From: the human T2T-CHM13v2.0 reference genome, Homo sapiens
DNA length: 64,000 nt
Assembly (NCBI RefSeq): GCF_009914755.1
Contig: NC_060941.1
Reading direction: 5' to 3' (one strand)
Shown here: positions 38,701 through 53,700 of the stretch, in pieces
How positions within the stretch are numbered: the first letter of the stretch is position 1
Layout of the letters: each line of letters starts with the position of its first letter
Position numbers and translations under genes: made by a program
Notes under the pieces: model-generated
The model's database searches: none
What the model was told of the DNA's origin: nothing
What the model saw: the letters and a program-made list of their open reading frames with translations, nothing else

Positions 38701-41700
38701 CTTCACATAAAAACTATACAGATGCATTCTCAGGAACTTTTTGGTGATGTTTGTATTCAACTCGCAGAGTTGAACTTTCCTTTGGAAAGAGCAGCTATGA
38801 AACACTCTTTTTCTAGAATCTGCAAGTGGACGTTTGGAGGGCTTTGTGGTTTGTGGTGGAAAAGGAAATATCTTCACCTAAATACTAGATAGAAGCATTC
38901 TCAGAAACTGCTTTGTGATGATTGCATTCACCTCACAGAGTTGAACATTCCTATTGATAGAGCAGTTTGGAAACACTCTTGTTGTGGAATGTGCAAGTGG
39001 AGATTTGGAGCGCTTTGAGGCCTATGGTAGTAAAGGGAATAGCTTCATAGAAAAACTAGACAGAAGCATTCTCAGAAAATACTTTGTGATGATTGAGTTT
39101 AACTCACAGAGCTGAACATTCCTTTGGATGGAGCAGGTTTGAGACACACTTTTTGTAGAATCTACAAGTGGATATTTGGACCTCTCTGAGGATTTCGTTG
39201 GAAACGCGATAACTGCACCTAACTAAACGGAAGCATTCTCAGAAACTTCTTGGTGATGTTTGCATTCAAATCCCAGAGTTGAACCTTCCTTTGATAGTTC
39301 AGGTTTGAAACACTCTTTTTGTAGGATCTGCAAGTGGATATTTGGACCACTCTGTGGCCTTCGTTCGAAACGGGTATATCTTCGCATAAAATCTAGACAG
39401 AAGCCTTCTCAGAAACTTCTCTGTGATGATTGCATTCAACTCACAGAGTTGAACCCTCCTATGGATAGAGCAGTGTTGAAACTCTCTTTTTGTGGAATCT
39501 GCAAGTGGATATGTGGACCTCTCCGAAGATGTCTTTGGAAACGGGAATATCTTCACATAAAAACTAAACAGAAGCATTCTCAGAAACTTCTCTGTGATGT
39601 TTGTGTTCAACTCCCAGAGTTTCACATTGCTTTTCATAGAGTAGTTCTGAAACATGCTTTTCGTAGTGTCTACAAGTGGACATTTGGAGCGCTTTCAGGC
39701 CTGTGGTGGAAAACGAATTATGGTCACATAAAAACTGGAGAGAAGCATTGTCAGAAACTTCTTTGTGATGATTGCATTCAACTCACAGAGTTGAAGGTTC
39801 CTTTTCAAAGAGCAGTTTCCAATCACTCTTTGTGTGGAATCTGCAAGTGGATATTTGGACCTATTTTGAAGATTTCGTTGGAAACGGGAGAATCTTCACA
39901 GGAAAGCTAAACAGAAGCATTCTCAGAAACTTCTTTGTGATGCTTGCATTCAACTCACAGAGTTGAACTTTCCTTTCGAGAGAGAAGCTTTGAAACACTC
40001 TTTTTCCAGAATCTGCAAGTGGACATTTGGAGGGCTTTGAGGCCTGTGGTGGAAAAGGAATTATCTTCCCGTAAAAGCTAGATAGAAGCATTCTCAGAAA
40101 CTACTTTGTGATGATTGCATTCAAGTCACAGAGTTGAACATTCCCTTTGACAGAGCAGTTTGGAAACTCTCTTTGTGTAGAATCTGCAAGTGGAGATATG
40201 GACCGCTTTGAGGCCTATGGTAGTAAAGGAAATAGCTTCATATAAAAGCTAGACAGTAGCATTCACAGAAAACTCTTGGTGACGACTGAGTTTAACTCAC
40301 AGAGCTGAACATTCCTTTGGATGGAGCAGTTTCGAAACACACTATTTGTAGAATGTGCAAGTGGATATTTGGGCCTCTCTGAGGATTTCGTTGGAAACGG
40401 GATAAACCGCACAGAACTAAACAGAAGCATTCTCAGAACCTTCTTCGTGATGTTTGCATTCAACTCACAGTGTTGAACCTTTCTTTGATAGCTCAGGTTT
40501 GAAACGGTCTTTCTGTAGAAACTGCAAGTAGATATTTGGACCTCTCTGAGGATTTCGTTGGAAACGGGATAACCCGCACAGAACTAAAACAGAAGCATTC
40601 TCAGAACCCTCTTCGTGATGTTTGCATTCAACTCACAGTGCTGAACCTTTCTTTGATAGTTCAGCTTTGAAACACTCTTTTTGTAGAAACTGCAAGTGGA
40701 TATTTGGTCCTCTCTGAGGATTTCGTTGGAAACGGGATAAACTGCACAGAACTAAACAGAAGCATTCTCAGAACCTTCTTCGTGATGTCTGCATTCAACT
40801 CACAGTGTGGAACCTTTCTTTGATAGTTCAGGTTTGAAACACTCTTTCTGTAGAAACTGCAAGGGGATAATTGCACTCTTTGAGGAGTACCGTAGTAAAG
40901 GAAATAACTTCCTATAAAAAGAAGACAGAAGCTTTCTCAGAAAATTCTTTGGGATGATTGAGTTGAACTCACAGAGCTGAGCATTCCTTGCGATGTAGCA
41001 GTTTAGAAACACACTTTCTGCAGAATCTGCAAGTGCATATTTGGACCTCTCTGAGGAATTCGTTGGAAACGGGATAATTTCAGCTGACTAAACAGAAGCA
41101 GTCTCAGAATCTTCTTTGTGATGTTTGCATTCAAATCCCCGAGTTGAACTTTCCTTTCAAAGTTCACGTTTGAAACACTCTTTTTGCAGGATCTACAAGT
41201 GGATATTTGGACCACTCTGTGTCCTTCGTTCGAAACGGGTATATCTTCACATGACATCTAGACAGAAGCATTCTCAGAAGCTTCTCTGTGATGACTGCAT
41301 TCAACTCACGGAGTTGAACACTCCTTTTGAGAGCGCAGTTTTGAAACTCTCTTTCTGTGGCATCTGCAAGGGGACATGTAGACCTCTTTGAAGATTTCGT
41401 TGGAAACGGAATCATCTTCACATAAAAACTATACAGATGCATTCTCAGGAACTTTTTGGTGATGTTTGTATTCAACTCGCAGAGTTGAACTTTCCTTTGG
41501 AAAGAGCAGCTATGAAACACTCTTTTTCTAGAATCTGCAAGTGGACGTTTGGAGGGCTTTGTGGTTTGTGGTGGAAAAGGAAATATCTTCACCTAAATAC
41601 TAGATAGAAGCATTCTCAGAAACTGCTTTGTGATGATTGCATTCACCTCACAGAGTTGAACATTCCTATTGATAGAGCAGTTTGGAAACACTCTTGTTGT

Positions 41701-44700
41701 GGAATGTGCAAGTGGAGATTTGGAGCGCTTTGAGGCCTATGGTAGTAAAGGGAATAGCTTCATAGAAAAACTAGACAGAAGCATTCTCAGAAAATACTTT
41801 GTGATGATTGAGTTTAACTCACAGAGCTGAACATTCCTTTGGATGGAGCAGGTTTGAGACACACTTTTTGTAGAATCTACAAGTGGATATTTGGACCTCT
41901 CTGAGGATTTCGTTGGAAACGGGATAACTGCACCTAACTAAACGGAAGCATTCTCAGAAACTTCTTGGTGATGTTTGCATTCAAATCCCAGAGTTGAACC
42001 TTCCTTTGATAGTTCAGGTTTGAAACACTCTTTTTGTAGGATCTGCAAGTGGATATTTGGACCACTCTGTGGCCTTCGTTCGAAACGGGTATATCTTCGC
42101 ATAAAATCTAGACAGAAGCCTTCTCAGAAACTTCTCTGTGATGATTGCATTCAACTCACAGAGTTGAACCCTCCTATGGATAGAGCAGTGTTGAAACTCT
42201 CTTTTTGTGGAATCTGCAAGTGGATATGTGGACCTCTCCGAAGATGTCTTTGGAAACGGGAATATCTTCACATAAAAACTAAACAGAAGCATTCTCAGAA
42301 ACTTCTCTGTGATGTTTGTGTTCAACTCCCAGAGTTTCACATTGCTTTTCATAGAGTAGTTCTGAAACATGCTTTTCGTAGTGTCTACAAGTGGACATTT
42401 GGAGCGCTTTCAGGCCTGTGGTGGAAAACGAATTATGGTCACATAAAAACTGGAGAGAAGCATTGTCAGAAACTTCTTTGTGATGATTGCATTCAACTCA
42501 CAGAGTTGAAGGTTCCTTTTCAAAGAGCAGTTTCCAATCACTCTTTGTGTGGAATCTGCAAGTGGATATTTGGACCTATTTTGAAGATTTCGTTGGAAAC
42601 GGGAGAATCTTCACAGGAAAGCTAAACAGAAGCATTCTCAGAAACTTCTTTGTGATGCTTGCATTCAACTCACAGAGTTGAACTTTCCTTTCGAGAGAGA
42701 AGCTTTGAAACACTCTTTTTCCAGAATCTGCAAGTGGACATTTGGAGGGCTTTGAGGCCTGTGGTGGAAAAGGAATTATCTTCCCGTAAAAGCTAGATAG
42801 AAGCATTCTCAGAAACTACTTTGTGATGATTGCATTCAAGTCACAGAGTTGAACATTCCCTTTGACAGAGCAGTTTGGAAACTCTCTTTGTGTAGAATCT
42901 GCAAGTGGAGATATGGACCGCTTTGAGGCCTATGGTAGTAAAGGAAATAGCTTCATATAAAAGCTAGACAGTAGCATTCACAGAAAACTCTTGGTGACGA
43001 CTGAGTTTAACTCACAGAGCTGAACATTCCTTTGGATGGAGCAGTTTCGAAACACACTATTTGTAGAATGTGCAAGTGGATATTTGGGCCTCTCTGAGGA
43101 TTTCGTTGGAAACGGGATAAACCGCACAGAACTAAACAGAAGCATTCTCAGAACCTTCTTCGTGATGTTTGCATTCAACTCACAGTGTTGAACCTTTCTT
43201 TGATAGCTCAGGTTTGAAACGGTCTTTCTGTAGAAACTGCAAGTAGATATTTGGACCTCTCTGAGGATTTCGTTGGAAACGGGATAACCCGCACAGAACT
43301 AAAACAGAAGCATTCTCAGAACCCTCTTCGTGATGTTTGCATTCAACTCACAGTGCTGAACCTTTCTTTGATAGTTCAGCTTTGAAACACTCTTTTTGTA
43401 GAAACTGCAAGTGGATATTTGGTCCTCTCTGAGGATTTCGTTGGAAACGGGATAAACTGCACAGAACTAAACAGAAGCATTCTCAGAACCTTCTTCGTGA
43501 TGTCTGCATTCAACTCACAGTGTGGAACCTTTCTTTGATAGTTCAGGTTTGAAACACTCTTTCTGTAGAAACTGCAAGGGGATAATTGCACTCTTTGAGG
43601 AGTACCGTAGTAAAGGAAATAACTTCCTATAAAAAGAAGACAGAAGCTTTCTCAGAAAATTCTTTGGGATGATTGAGTTGAACTCACAGAGCTGAGCATT
43701 CCTTGCGATGTAGCAGTTTAGAAACACACTTTCTGCAGAATCTGCAAGTGCATATTTGGACCTCTCTGAGGAATTCGTTGGAAACGGGATAATTTCAGCT
43801 GACTAAACAGAAGCAGTCTCAGAATCTTCTTTGTGATGTTTGCATTCAAATCCCCGAGTTGAACTTTCCTTTCAAAGTTCACGTTTGAAACACTCTTTTT
43901 GCAGGATCTACAAGTGGATATTTGGACCACTCTGTGTCCTTCGTTCGAAACGGGTATATCTTCACATGACATCTAGACAGAAGCATTCTCAGAAGCTTCT
44001 CTGTGATGACTGCATTCAACTCACGGAGTTGAACACTCCTTTTGAGAGCGCAGTTTTGAAACTCTCTTTCTGTGGCATCTGCAAGGGGACATGTAGACCT
44101 CTTTGAAGATTTCGTTGGAAACGGAATCATCTTCACATAAAAACTATACAGATGCATTCTCAGGAACTTTTTGGTGATGTTTGTATTCAACTCGCAGAGT
44201 TGAACTTTCCTTTGGAAAGAGCAGCTATGAAACACTCTTTTTCTAGAATCTGCAAGTGGACGTTTGGAGGGCTTTGTGGTTTGTGGTGGAAAAGGAAATA
44301 TCTTCACCTAAATACTAGATAGAAGCATTCTCAGAAACTGCTTTGTGATGATTGCATTCACCTCACAGAGTTGAACATTCCTATTGATAGAGCAGTTTGG
44401 AAACACTCTTGTTGTGGAATGTGCAAGTGGAGATTTGGAGCGCTTTGAGGCCTATGGTAGTAAAGGGAATAGCTTCATAGAAAAACTAGACAGAAGCATT
44501 CTCAGAAAATACTTTGTGATGATTGAGTTTAACTCACAGAGCTGAACATTCCTTTGGATGGAGCAGGTTTGAGACACACTTTTTGTAGAATCTACAAGTG
44601 GATATTTGGACCTCTCTGAGGATTTCGTTGGAAACGGGATAACTGCACCTAACTAAACGGAAGCATTCTCAGAAACTTCTTGGTGATGTTTGCATTCAAA

Positions 44701-47700
44701 TCCCAGAGTTGAACCTTCCTTTGATAGTTCAGGTTTGAAACACTCTTTTTGTAGGATCTGCAAGTGGATATTTGGACCACTCTGTGGCCTTCGTTCGAAA
44801 CGGGTATATCTTCGCATAAAATCTAGACAGAAGCCTTCTCAGAAACTTCTCTGTGATGATTGCATTCAACTCACAGAGTTGAACCCTCCTATGGATAGAG
44901 CAGTGTTGAAACTCTCTTTTTGTGGAATCTGCAAGTGGATATGTGGACCTCTGCGAAGATGTCTTTGGAAACGGGAATATCTTCACATAAAAACTAAACA
45001 GAAGCATTCTCAGAAACTTCTCTGTGATGTTTGTGTTCAACTCCCAGAGTTTCACATTGCTTTTCATAGAGTAGTTCTGAAACATGCTTTTCGTAGTGTC
45101 TACAAGTGGACATTTGGAGCGCTTTCAGGCCTGTGGTGGAAAACGAATTATGGTCACATAAAAACTGGAGAGAAGCATTGTCAGAAACTTCTTTGTGATG
45201 ATTGCATTCAACTCACAGAGTTGAAGGTTCCTTTTCAAAGAGCAGTTTCCAATCACTCTTTGTGTGGAATCTGCAAGTGGATATTTGGACCTATTTTGAA
45301 GATTTCGTTGGAAACGGGAGAATCTTCACAGGAAAGCTAAACAGAAGCATTCTCAGAAACTTCTTTGTGATGCTTGCATTCAACTCACAGAGTTGAACTT
45401 TCCTTTCGAGAGAGAAGCTTTGAAACACTCTTTTTCCAGAATCTGCAAGTGGACATTTGGAGGGCTTTGAGGCCTGTGGTGGAAAAGGAATTATCTTCCC
45501 GTAAAAGCTAGATAGAAGCATTCTCAGAAACTACTTTGTGATGATTGCATTCAAGTCACAGAGTTGAACATTCCCTTTGACAGAGCAGTTTGGAAACTCT
45601 CTTTGTGTAGAATCTGCAAGTGGAGATATGGACCGCTTTGAGGCCTATGGTAGTAAAGGAAATAGCTTCATATAAAAGCTAGACAGTAGCATTCACAGAA
45701 AACTCTTGGTGACGACTGAGTTTAACTCACAGAGCTGAACATTCCTTTGGATGGAGCAGTTTCGAAACACACTATTTGTAGAATGTGCAAGTGGATATTT
45801 GGGCCTCTCTGAGGATTTCGTTGGAAACGGGATAAACCGCACAGAACTAAACAGAAGCATTCTCAGAACCTTCTTCGTGATGTTTGCATTCAACTCACAG
45901 TGTTGAACCTTTCTTTGATAGTTCAGGTTTGAAACGGTCTTTCTGTAGAAACTGCAAGTAGATATTTGGACCTCTCTGAGGATTTCGTTGGAAACGGGAT
46001 AACCCGCACAGAACTAAAACAGAAGCATTCTCAGAACCCTCTTCGTGATGTTTGCATTCAACTCACAGTGCTGAACCTTTCTTTGATAGTTCAGCTTTGA
46101 AACACTCTTTTTGTAGAAACTGCAAGTGGATATTTGGTCCTCTCTGAGGATTTCGTTGGAAACGGGATAAACTGCACAGAACTAAACAGAAGCATTCTCA
46201 GAACCTTCTTCGTGATGTCTGCATTCAACTCACAGTGTGGAACCTTTCTTTGATAGTTCAGGTTTGAAACACTCTTTCTGTAGAAACTGCAAGGGGATAA
46301 TTGCACTCTTTGAGGAGTACCGTAGTAAAGGAAATAACTTCCTATAAAAAGAAGACAGAAGCTTTCTCAGAAAATTCTTTGGGATGATTGAGTAGAACTC
46401 ACAGAGCTGAGCATTCCTTGCGATGTAGCAGTTTAGAAACACACTTTCTGCAGAATCTGCAAGTGCATATTTGGACCTCTGTGAGGAATTCGTTGGAAAC
46501 GGGATAATTTCAGCTGACTAAACAGAAGCAGTCTCAGAATCTTCTTTGTGATGTTTGCATTCAAATCCCCGAGTTGAACTTTCCTTTCAAAGTTCACGTT
46601 TGAAACACTCTTTTTGCAGGATCTACAAGTGGATATTTGGACCACTCTGTGTCCTTCGTTCGAAACGGGTATATCTTCACATGACATCTAGACAGAAGCA
46701 TTCTCAGAAGCTTCTCTGAGATGACTGCATTCAACTCACGGAGTTGAACACTCCTTTTGAGAGCGCAGTTTTGAAACTCTCTTTCTGTGGCATCTGCAAG
46801 GGGACATGTAGACCTCTTTGAAGATTTCGTTGGAAACGGAATCATCTTCACATAAAAACTATACAGATGCATTCTCAGGAACTTTTTGGTGATGTTTGTA
46901 TTCAACTCCCAGAGTTGAACTTTCCTTTGGAAAGAGCAGCTATGAAACACTCTTTTTCTAGAATCTGCAAGTGGACGTTTGGAGGGCTTTGTGGTTTGTG
47001 GTGGAAAAGGAAATATCTTCACCTAAATACTAGATAGAAGCATTCTCAGAAACTGCTTTGTGATGATTGCATTCACCTCACAGAGTTGAACATTCCTATT
47101 GATAGAGCAGTTTGGAAACACTCTTGTTGTGGAATGTGCAAGTGGAGATTTGGAGCGCTTTGAGGCCTATGGTAGTAAAGGGAATAGCTTCATAGAAAAA
47201 CTAGACAGAAGCATTCTCAGAAAATACTTTGTGATGATTGAGTTTAACTCACAGAGCTGAACATTCCTTTGGATGGAGCAGGTTTGAGACACACTTTTTG
47301 TAGAATCTACAAGTGGATATTTGGACCTCTCTGAGGATTTCGTTGGAAACGCGATAACTGCACCTAACTAAACGGAAGCATTCTCAGAAACTTCTTGGTG
47401 ATGTTTGCATTCAAATCCCAGAGTTGAACCTTCCTTTGATAGTTCAGGTTTGAAACACTCTTTTTGTAGGATCTGCAAGTGGATATTTGGACCACTCTGT
47501 GGCCTTCGTTCGAAACGGGTATATCTTCGCATAAAATCTAGACAGAAGCCTTCTCAGAAACTTCTCTGTGATGATTGCATTCAACTCACAGAGTTGAACC
47601 CTCCTATGGATAGAGCAGTGTTGAAACTCTCTTTTTGTGGAATCTGCAAGTGGATATGTGGACCTCTCCGAAGATGTCTTTGGAAACGGGAATATCTTCA

Positions 47701-50700
47701 CATAAAAACTAAACAGAAGCATTCTCAGAAACTTCTCTGTGATGTTTGTGTTCAACTCCCAGAGTTTCACATTGCTTTTCATAGAGTAGTTCTGAAACAT
47801 GCTTTTCGTAGTGTCTACAAGTGGACATTTGGAGCGCTTTCAGGCCTGTGGTGGAAAACGAATTATGGTCACATAAAAACTGGAGAGAAGCATTGTCAGA
47901 AACTTCTTTGTGATGATTGCATTCAACTCACAGAGTTGAAGGTTCCTTTTCAAAGAGCAGTTTCCAATCACTCTTTCTGTGGAATCTGCAAGTGGATATT
48001 TGGACCTATTTTGAAGATTTCGTTGGAAACGGGAGAATCTTCACAGGAAAGCTAAACAGAAGCATTCTCAGAAACTTCTTTGTGATGCTTGCATTCAACT
48101 CACAGAGTTGAACTTTCCTTTCGAGAGAGAAGCTTTGAAACACTCTTTTTCCAGAATCTGCAAGTGGACATTTGGAGGGCTTTGAGGCCTGTGGTGGAAA
48201 AGGAATTATCTTCCCGTAAAAGCTAGATAGAAGCATTCTCAGAAACTACTTTGTGATGATTGCATTCAAGTCACAGAGTTGAACATTCAATTTGACAGAG
48301 CAGTTTGGAAACTCTCTTTGTGTAAAATCTGCAAGTGGAGATATGGACCGCTTTGAGGCCTATGGTAGTAAAGGAAATAGCTTCATATAAAAGCTAGACA
48401 GTAGCATTCACAGAAAACTCTTGGTGACGACTGAGTTTAACTCACAGAGCTGAACATTCCTTTGGATGGAGCAGTTTCGAAACACACTATTTGTAGAATG
48501 TGCAAGTGGATATTTGGGCCTCTCTGAGGATTTCGTTGGAAACGGGATAAACCGCACAGAACTAAACAGAAGCATTCTCAGAACCTTCTTCGTGATGTTT
48601 GCATTCAACTCACAGTGTGGAACCTTTCTTTGATAGTTCAGGTTTGAAACGGTCTTTCTGTAGAAACTGCAAGTAGATATTTGGACCTCTCTGAGGATTT
48701 CGTTGGAAACGGGATAACCCGCACAGAACTAAAACAGAAGCATTCTCAGAACCCTCTTCGTGATGTTTGCATTCAACTCACAGTGCTGAACCTTTCTTTG
48801 ATAGTTCAGCTTTGAAACACTCTTTTTGTAGAAACTGCAAGTGGATATTTGGTCCTCTCTGAGGATTTCGTTGGAAACGGGATAAACTGCACAGAACTAA
48901 ACAGAAGCATTCTCAGAACCTTCTTCGTGATGTCTGCATTCAACTCACAGTGTGGAACCTTTCTTTGATAGTTCAGGTTTGAAACACTCTTTCTGTAGAA
49001 ACTGCAAGGGGATAATTGCACTCTTTGAGGAGTACCGTAGTAAAGGAAATAACTTCCTATAAAAAGAAGACAGAAGCTTTCTCAGAAAATTCTTTGGGAT
49101 GATTGAGTTGAACTCACAGAGCTGAGCATTCCTTGCGATGTAGCAGTTTAGAAACACACTTTCTGCAGAATCTGCAAGTGCATATTTGGACCTCTGTGAG
49201 GAATTCGTTGGAAACGGGATAATTTCAGCTGACTAAACAGAAGCAGTCTCAGAATCTTCTTTGTGATGTTTGCATTCAAATCCCCGAGTTGAACTTTCCT
49301 TTCAAAGTTCACGTTTGAAACACTCTTTTTGCAGGATCTACAAGTGGATATTTGGACCACTCTGTGTCCTTCGTTCGAAACGGGTATATCTTCACATGAC
49401 ATCTAGACAGAAGCATTCTCAGAAGCTTCTCTGTGATGACTGCATTCAACTCACGGAGTTGAACACTCCTTTTGAGAGCGCAGTTTTGAAACTCTCTTTC
49501 TGTGGCATCTGCAAGGGGACATGTAGACCTCTTTGAAGATTTCGTTGGAAACGGAATCATCTTCACATAAAAACTATACAGATGCATTCTCAGGAACTTT
49601 TTGGTGATGTTTGTATTCAACTCCCAGAGTTGAACTTTCCTTTGGAAAGAGCAGCTATGAAACACTCTTTTTCTAGAATCTGCAAGTGGACGTTTGGAGG
49701 GCTTTGTGGTTTGTGGTGGAAAAGGAAATATCTTCACCTAAATACTAGATAGAAGCATTCTCAGAAACTGCTTTGTGATGATTGCATTCACCTCACAGAG
49801 TTGAACATTCCTATTGATAGAGCAGTTTGGAAACACTCTTGTTGTGGAATGTGCAAGTGGAGATTTGGAGCGCTTTGAGGCCTATGGTAGTAAAGGGAAT
49901 AGCTTCATAGAAAAACTAGACAGAAGCATTCTCAGAAAATACTTTGTGATGATTGAGTTTAACTCACAGAGCTGAACATTCCTTTGGATGGAGCAGGTTT
50001 GAGACACACTTTTTGTAGAATCTACAAGTGGATATTTGGACCTCTCTGAGGATTTCGTTGGAAACGCGATAACTGCACCTAACTAAACGGAAGCATTCTA
50101 AGAAACTTCTTGGTGATGTTTGCATTCAAATCCCAGAGTTGAACCTTCCTTTGATAGTTCAGGTTTGAAACACTCTTTTTGTAGGATCTGCAAGTGGATA
50201 TTTGGACCACTCTGTGGCCTTCGTTCGAAACGGGTATATCTTCGCATAAAATCTAGACAGAAGCCTTCTCAGAAACTTCTCTGTGATGATTGCATTCAAC
50301 TCACAGAGTTGAACCCTCCTATGGATAGAGCAGTGTTGAAACTCTCTTTTTGTGGAATCTGCAAGTGGATATGTGGACCTCTCCGAAGATGTCTTTGGAA
50401 ACGGGAATATCTTCACATAAAAACTAAACAGAAGCATTCTCAGAAACTTCTCTGTGATGTTTGTGTTCAACTCCCAGAGTTTCACATTGCTTTTCATAGA
50501 GTAGTTCTGAAACATGCTTTTCGTAGTGTCTACAAGTGGACATTTGGAGCGCTTTCAGGCCTGTGGTGGAAAACGAATTATGGTCACATAAAAACTGGAG
50601 AGAAGCATTGTCAGAAACTTCTTTGTGATGATTGCATTCAACTCACAGAGTTGAAGGTTCCTTTTCAAAGAGCAGTTTCCAATCACTCTTTCTGTGGAAT

Positions 50701-53700
50701 CTGCAAGTGGATATTTGGACCTATTTTGAAGATTTCGTTGGAAACGGGAGAATCTTCACAGGAAAGCTAAACAGAAGCATTCTCAGAAACTTCTTTGTGA
50801 TGCTTGCATTCAACTCACAGAGTTGAACTTTCCTTTCGAGAGAGAAGCTTTGAAACACTCTTTTTCCAGAATCTGCAAGTGGACATTTGGAGGGCTTTGA
50901 GGCCTGTGGTGGAAAAGGAATTATCTTCCCGTAAAAGCTAGATAGAAGCATTCTCAGAAACTACTTTGTGATGATTGCATTCAAGTCACAGAGTTGAACA
51001 TTCAATTTGACAGAGCAGTTTGGAAACTCTCTTTGTGTAAAATCTGCAAGTGGAGATATGGACCGCTTTGAGGCCTATGGTAGTAAAGGAAATAGCTTCA
51101 TATAAAAGCTAGACAGTAGCATTCACAGAAAACTCTTGGTGACGACTGAGTTTAACTCACAGAGCTGAACATTCCTTTGGATGGAGCAGTTTCGAAACAC
51201 ACTATTTGTAGAATGTGCAAGTGGATATTTGGGCCTCTCTGAGGATTTCGTTGGAAACGGGATAAACCGCACAGAACTAAACAGAAGCATTCTCAGAACC
51301 TTCTTCGTGATGTTTGCATTCAACTCACAGTGTGGAACCTTTCTTTGATAGTTCAGGTTTGAAACGGTCTTTCTGTAGAAACTGCAAGTAGATATTTGGA
51401 CCTCTCTGAGGATTTCGTTGGAAACGGGATAACCCGCACAGAACTAAAACAGAAGCATTCTCAGAACCCTCTTCGTGATGTTTGCATTCAACTCACAGTG
51501 CTGAACCTTTCTTTGATAGTTCAGCTTTGAAACACTCTTTTTGTAGAAACTGCAAGTGGATATTTGGTCCTCTCTGAGGATTTCGTTGGAAACGGGATAA
51601 ACTGCACAGAACTAAACAGAAGCATTCTCAGAACCTTCTTCGTGATGTCTGCATTCAACTCACAGTGTGGAACCTTTCTTTGATAGTTCAGGTTTGAAAC
51701 ACTCTTTCTGTAGAAACTGCAAGGGGATAATTGCACTCTTTGAGGAGTACCGTAGTAAAGGAAATAACTTCCTATAAAAAGAAGACAGAAGCTTTCTCAG
51801 AAAATTCTTTGGGATGATTGAGTTGAACTCACAGAGCTGAGCATTCCTTGCGATGTAGCAGTTTAGAAACACACTTTCTGCAGAATCTGCAAGTGCATAT
51901 TTGGACCTCTGTGAGGAATTCGTTGGAAACGGGATAATTTCAGCTGACTAAACAGAAGCAGTCTCAGAATCTTCTTTGTGATGTTTGCATTCAAATCCCC
52001 GAGTTGAACTTTCCTTTCAAAGTTCACGTTTGAAACACTCTTTTTGCAGGATCTACAAGTGGATATTTGGACCACTCTGTGTCCTTCGTTCGAAACGGGT
52101 ATATCTTCACATGACATCTAGACAGAAGCATTCTCAGAAGCTTCTCTGTGATGACTGCATTCAACTCACGGAGTTGAACACTCCTTTTGAGAGCGCAGTT
52201 TTGAAACTCTCTTTCTGTGGCATCTGCAAGGGGACATGTAGACCTCTTTGAAGATTTCGTTGGAAACGGAATCATCTTCACATAAAAACTATACAGATGC
52301 ATTCTCAGGAACTTTTTGGTGATGTTTGTATTCAACTCCCAGAGTTGAACTTTCCTTTGGAAAGAGCAGCTATGAAACACTCTTTTTCTAGAATCTGCAA
52401 GTGGACGTTTGGAGGGCTTTGTGGTTTGTGGTGGAAAAGGAAATATCTTCACCTAAATACTAGAGAGAAGCATTCTCAGAAACTGGTTTGTGATGATTGC
52501 ATTCACCTCACAGAGTTGAACATTCCTATTGATAGAGCAGTTTGGAAACACTCTTGTTGTGGAATGTGCAAGTGGAGATTTGGAGCGCTTTGAGGCCTAT
52601 GGTAGTAAAGGGAATAGCTTCATAGAAAAACTAGACAGAAGCATTCTCAGAAAATACTTTGTGATGATTGAGTTTAACTCACAGAGCTGAACATTCCTTT
52701 GGATGGAGCAGGTTTGAGACACACTTTTTGTAGAATCTACAAGTGGATATTTGGACCTCTCTGAGGATTTCGTTGGAAACGCGATAACTGCACCTAACTA
52801 AACGGAAGCATTCTCAGAAACTTCTTGGTGATGTTTGCATTCAAATCCCAGAGTTGAACCTTCCTTTGATAGTTCAGGTTTGAAACACTCTTTTTGTAGG
52901 ATCTGCAAGTGGATATTTGGACCACTCTGTGGCCTTCGTTCGAAACGGGTATATCTTCGCATAAAATCTAGACAGAAGCCTTCTCAGAAACTTCTCTGTG
53001 ATGATTGCATTCAACTCACAGAGTTGAACCCTCCTATGGATAGAGCAGTGTTGAAACTCTCTTTTTGTGGAATCTGCAAGTGGATATGTGGACCTCTCCG
53101 AAGATGTCTTTGGAAACGGGAATATCTTCACATAAAAACTAAACAGAAGCATTCTCAGAAACTTCTCTGTGATGTTTGTGTTCAACTCCCAGAGTTTCAC
53201 ATTGCTTTTCATAGAGTAGTTCTGAAACATGCTTTTCGTAGTGTCTACAAGTGGACATTTGGAGCGCTTTCAGGCCTGTGGTGGAAAACGAATTATGGTC
53301 ACATAAAAACTGGAGAGAAGCATTGTCAGAAACTTCTTTGTGATGATTGCATTCAACTCACAGAGTTGAAGGTTCCTTTTCAAAGAGCAGTTTCCAATCA
53401 CTCTTTCTGTGGAATCTGCAAGTGGATATTTGGACCTATTTTGAAGATTTCGTTGGAAACGGGAGAATCTTCACAGGAAAGCTAAACAGAAGCATTCTCA
53501 GAAACTTCTTTGTGATGCTTGCATTCAACTCACAGAGTTGAACTTTCCTTTCGAGAGAGAAGCTTTGAAACACTCTTTTTCCAGAATCTGCAAGTGGACA
53601 TTTGGAGGGCTTTGAGGCCTGTGGTGGAAAAGGAATTATCTTCCCGTAAAAGCTAGATAGAAGCATTCTCAGAAACTACTTTGTGATGATTGCATTCAAG

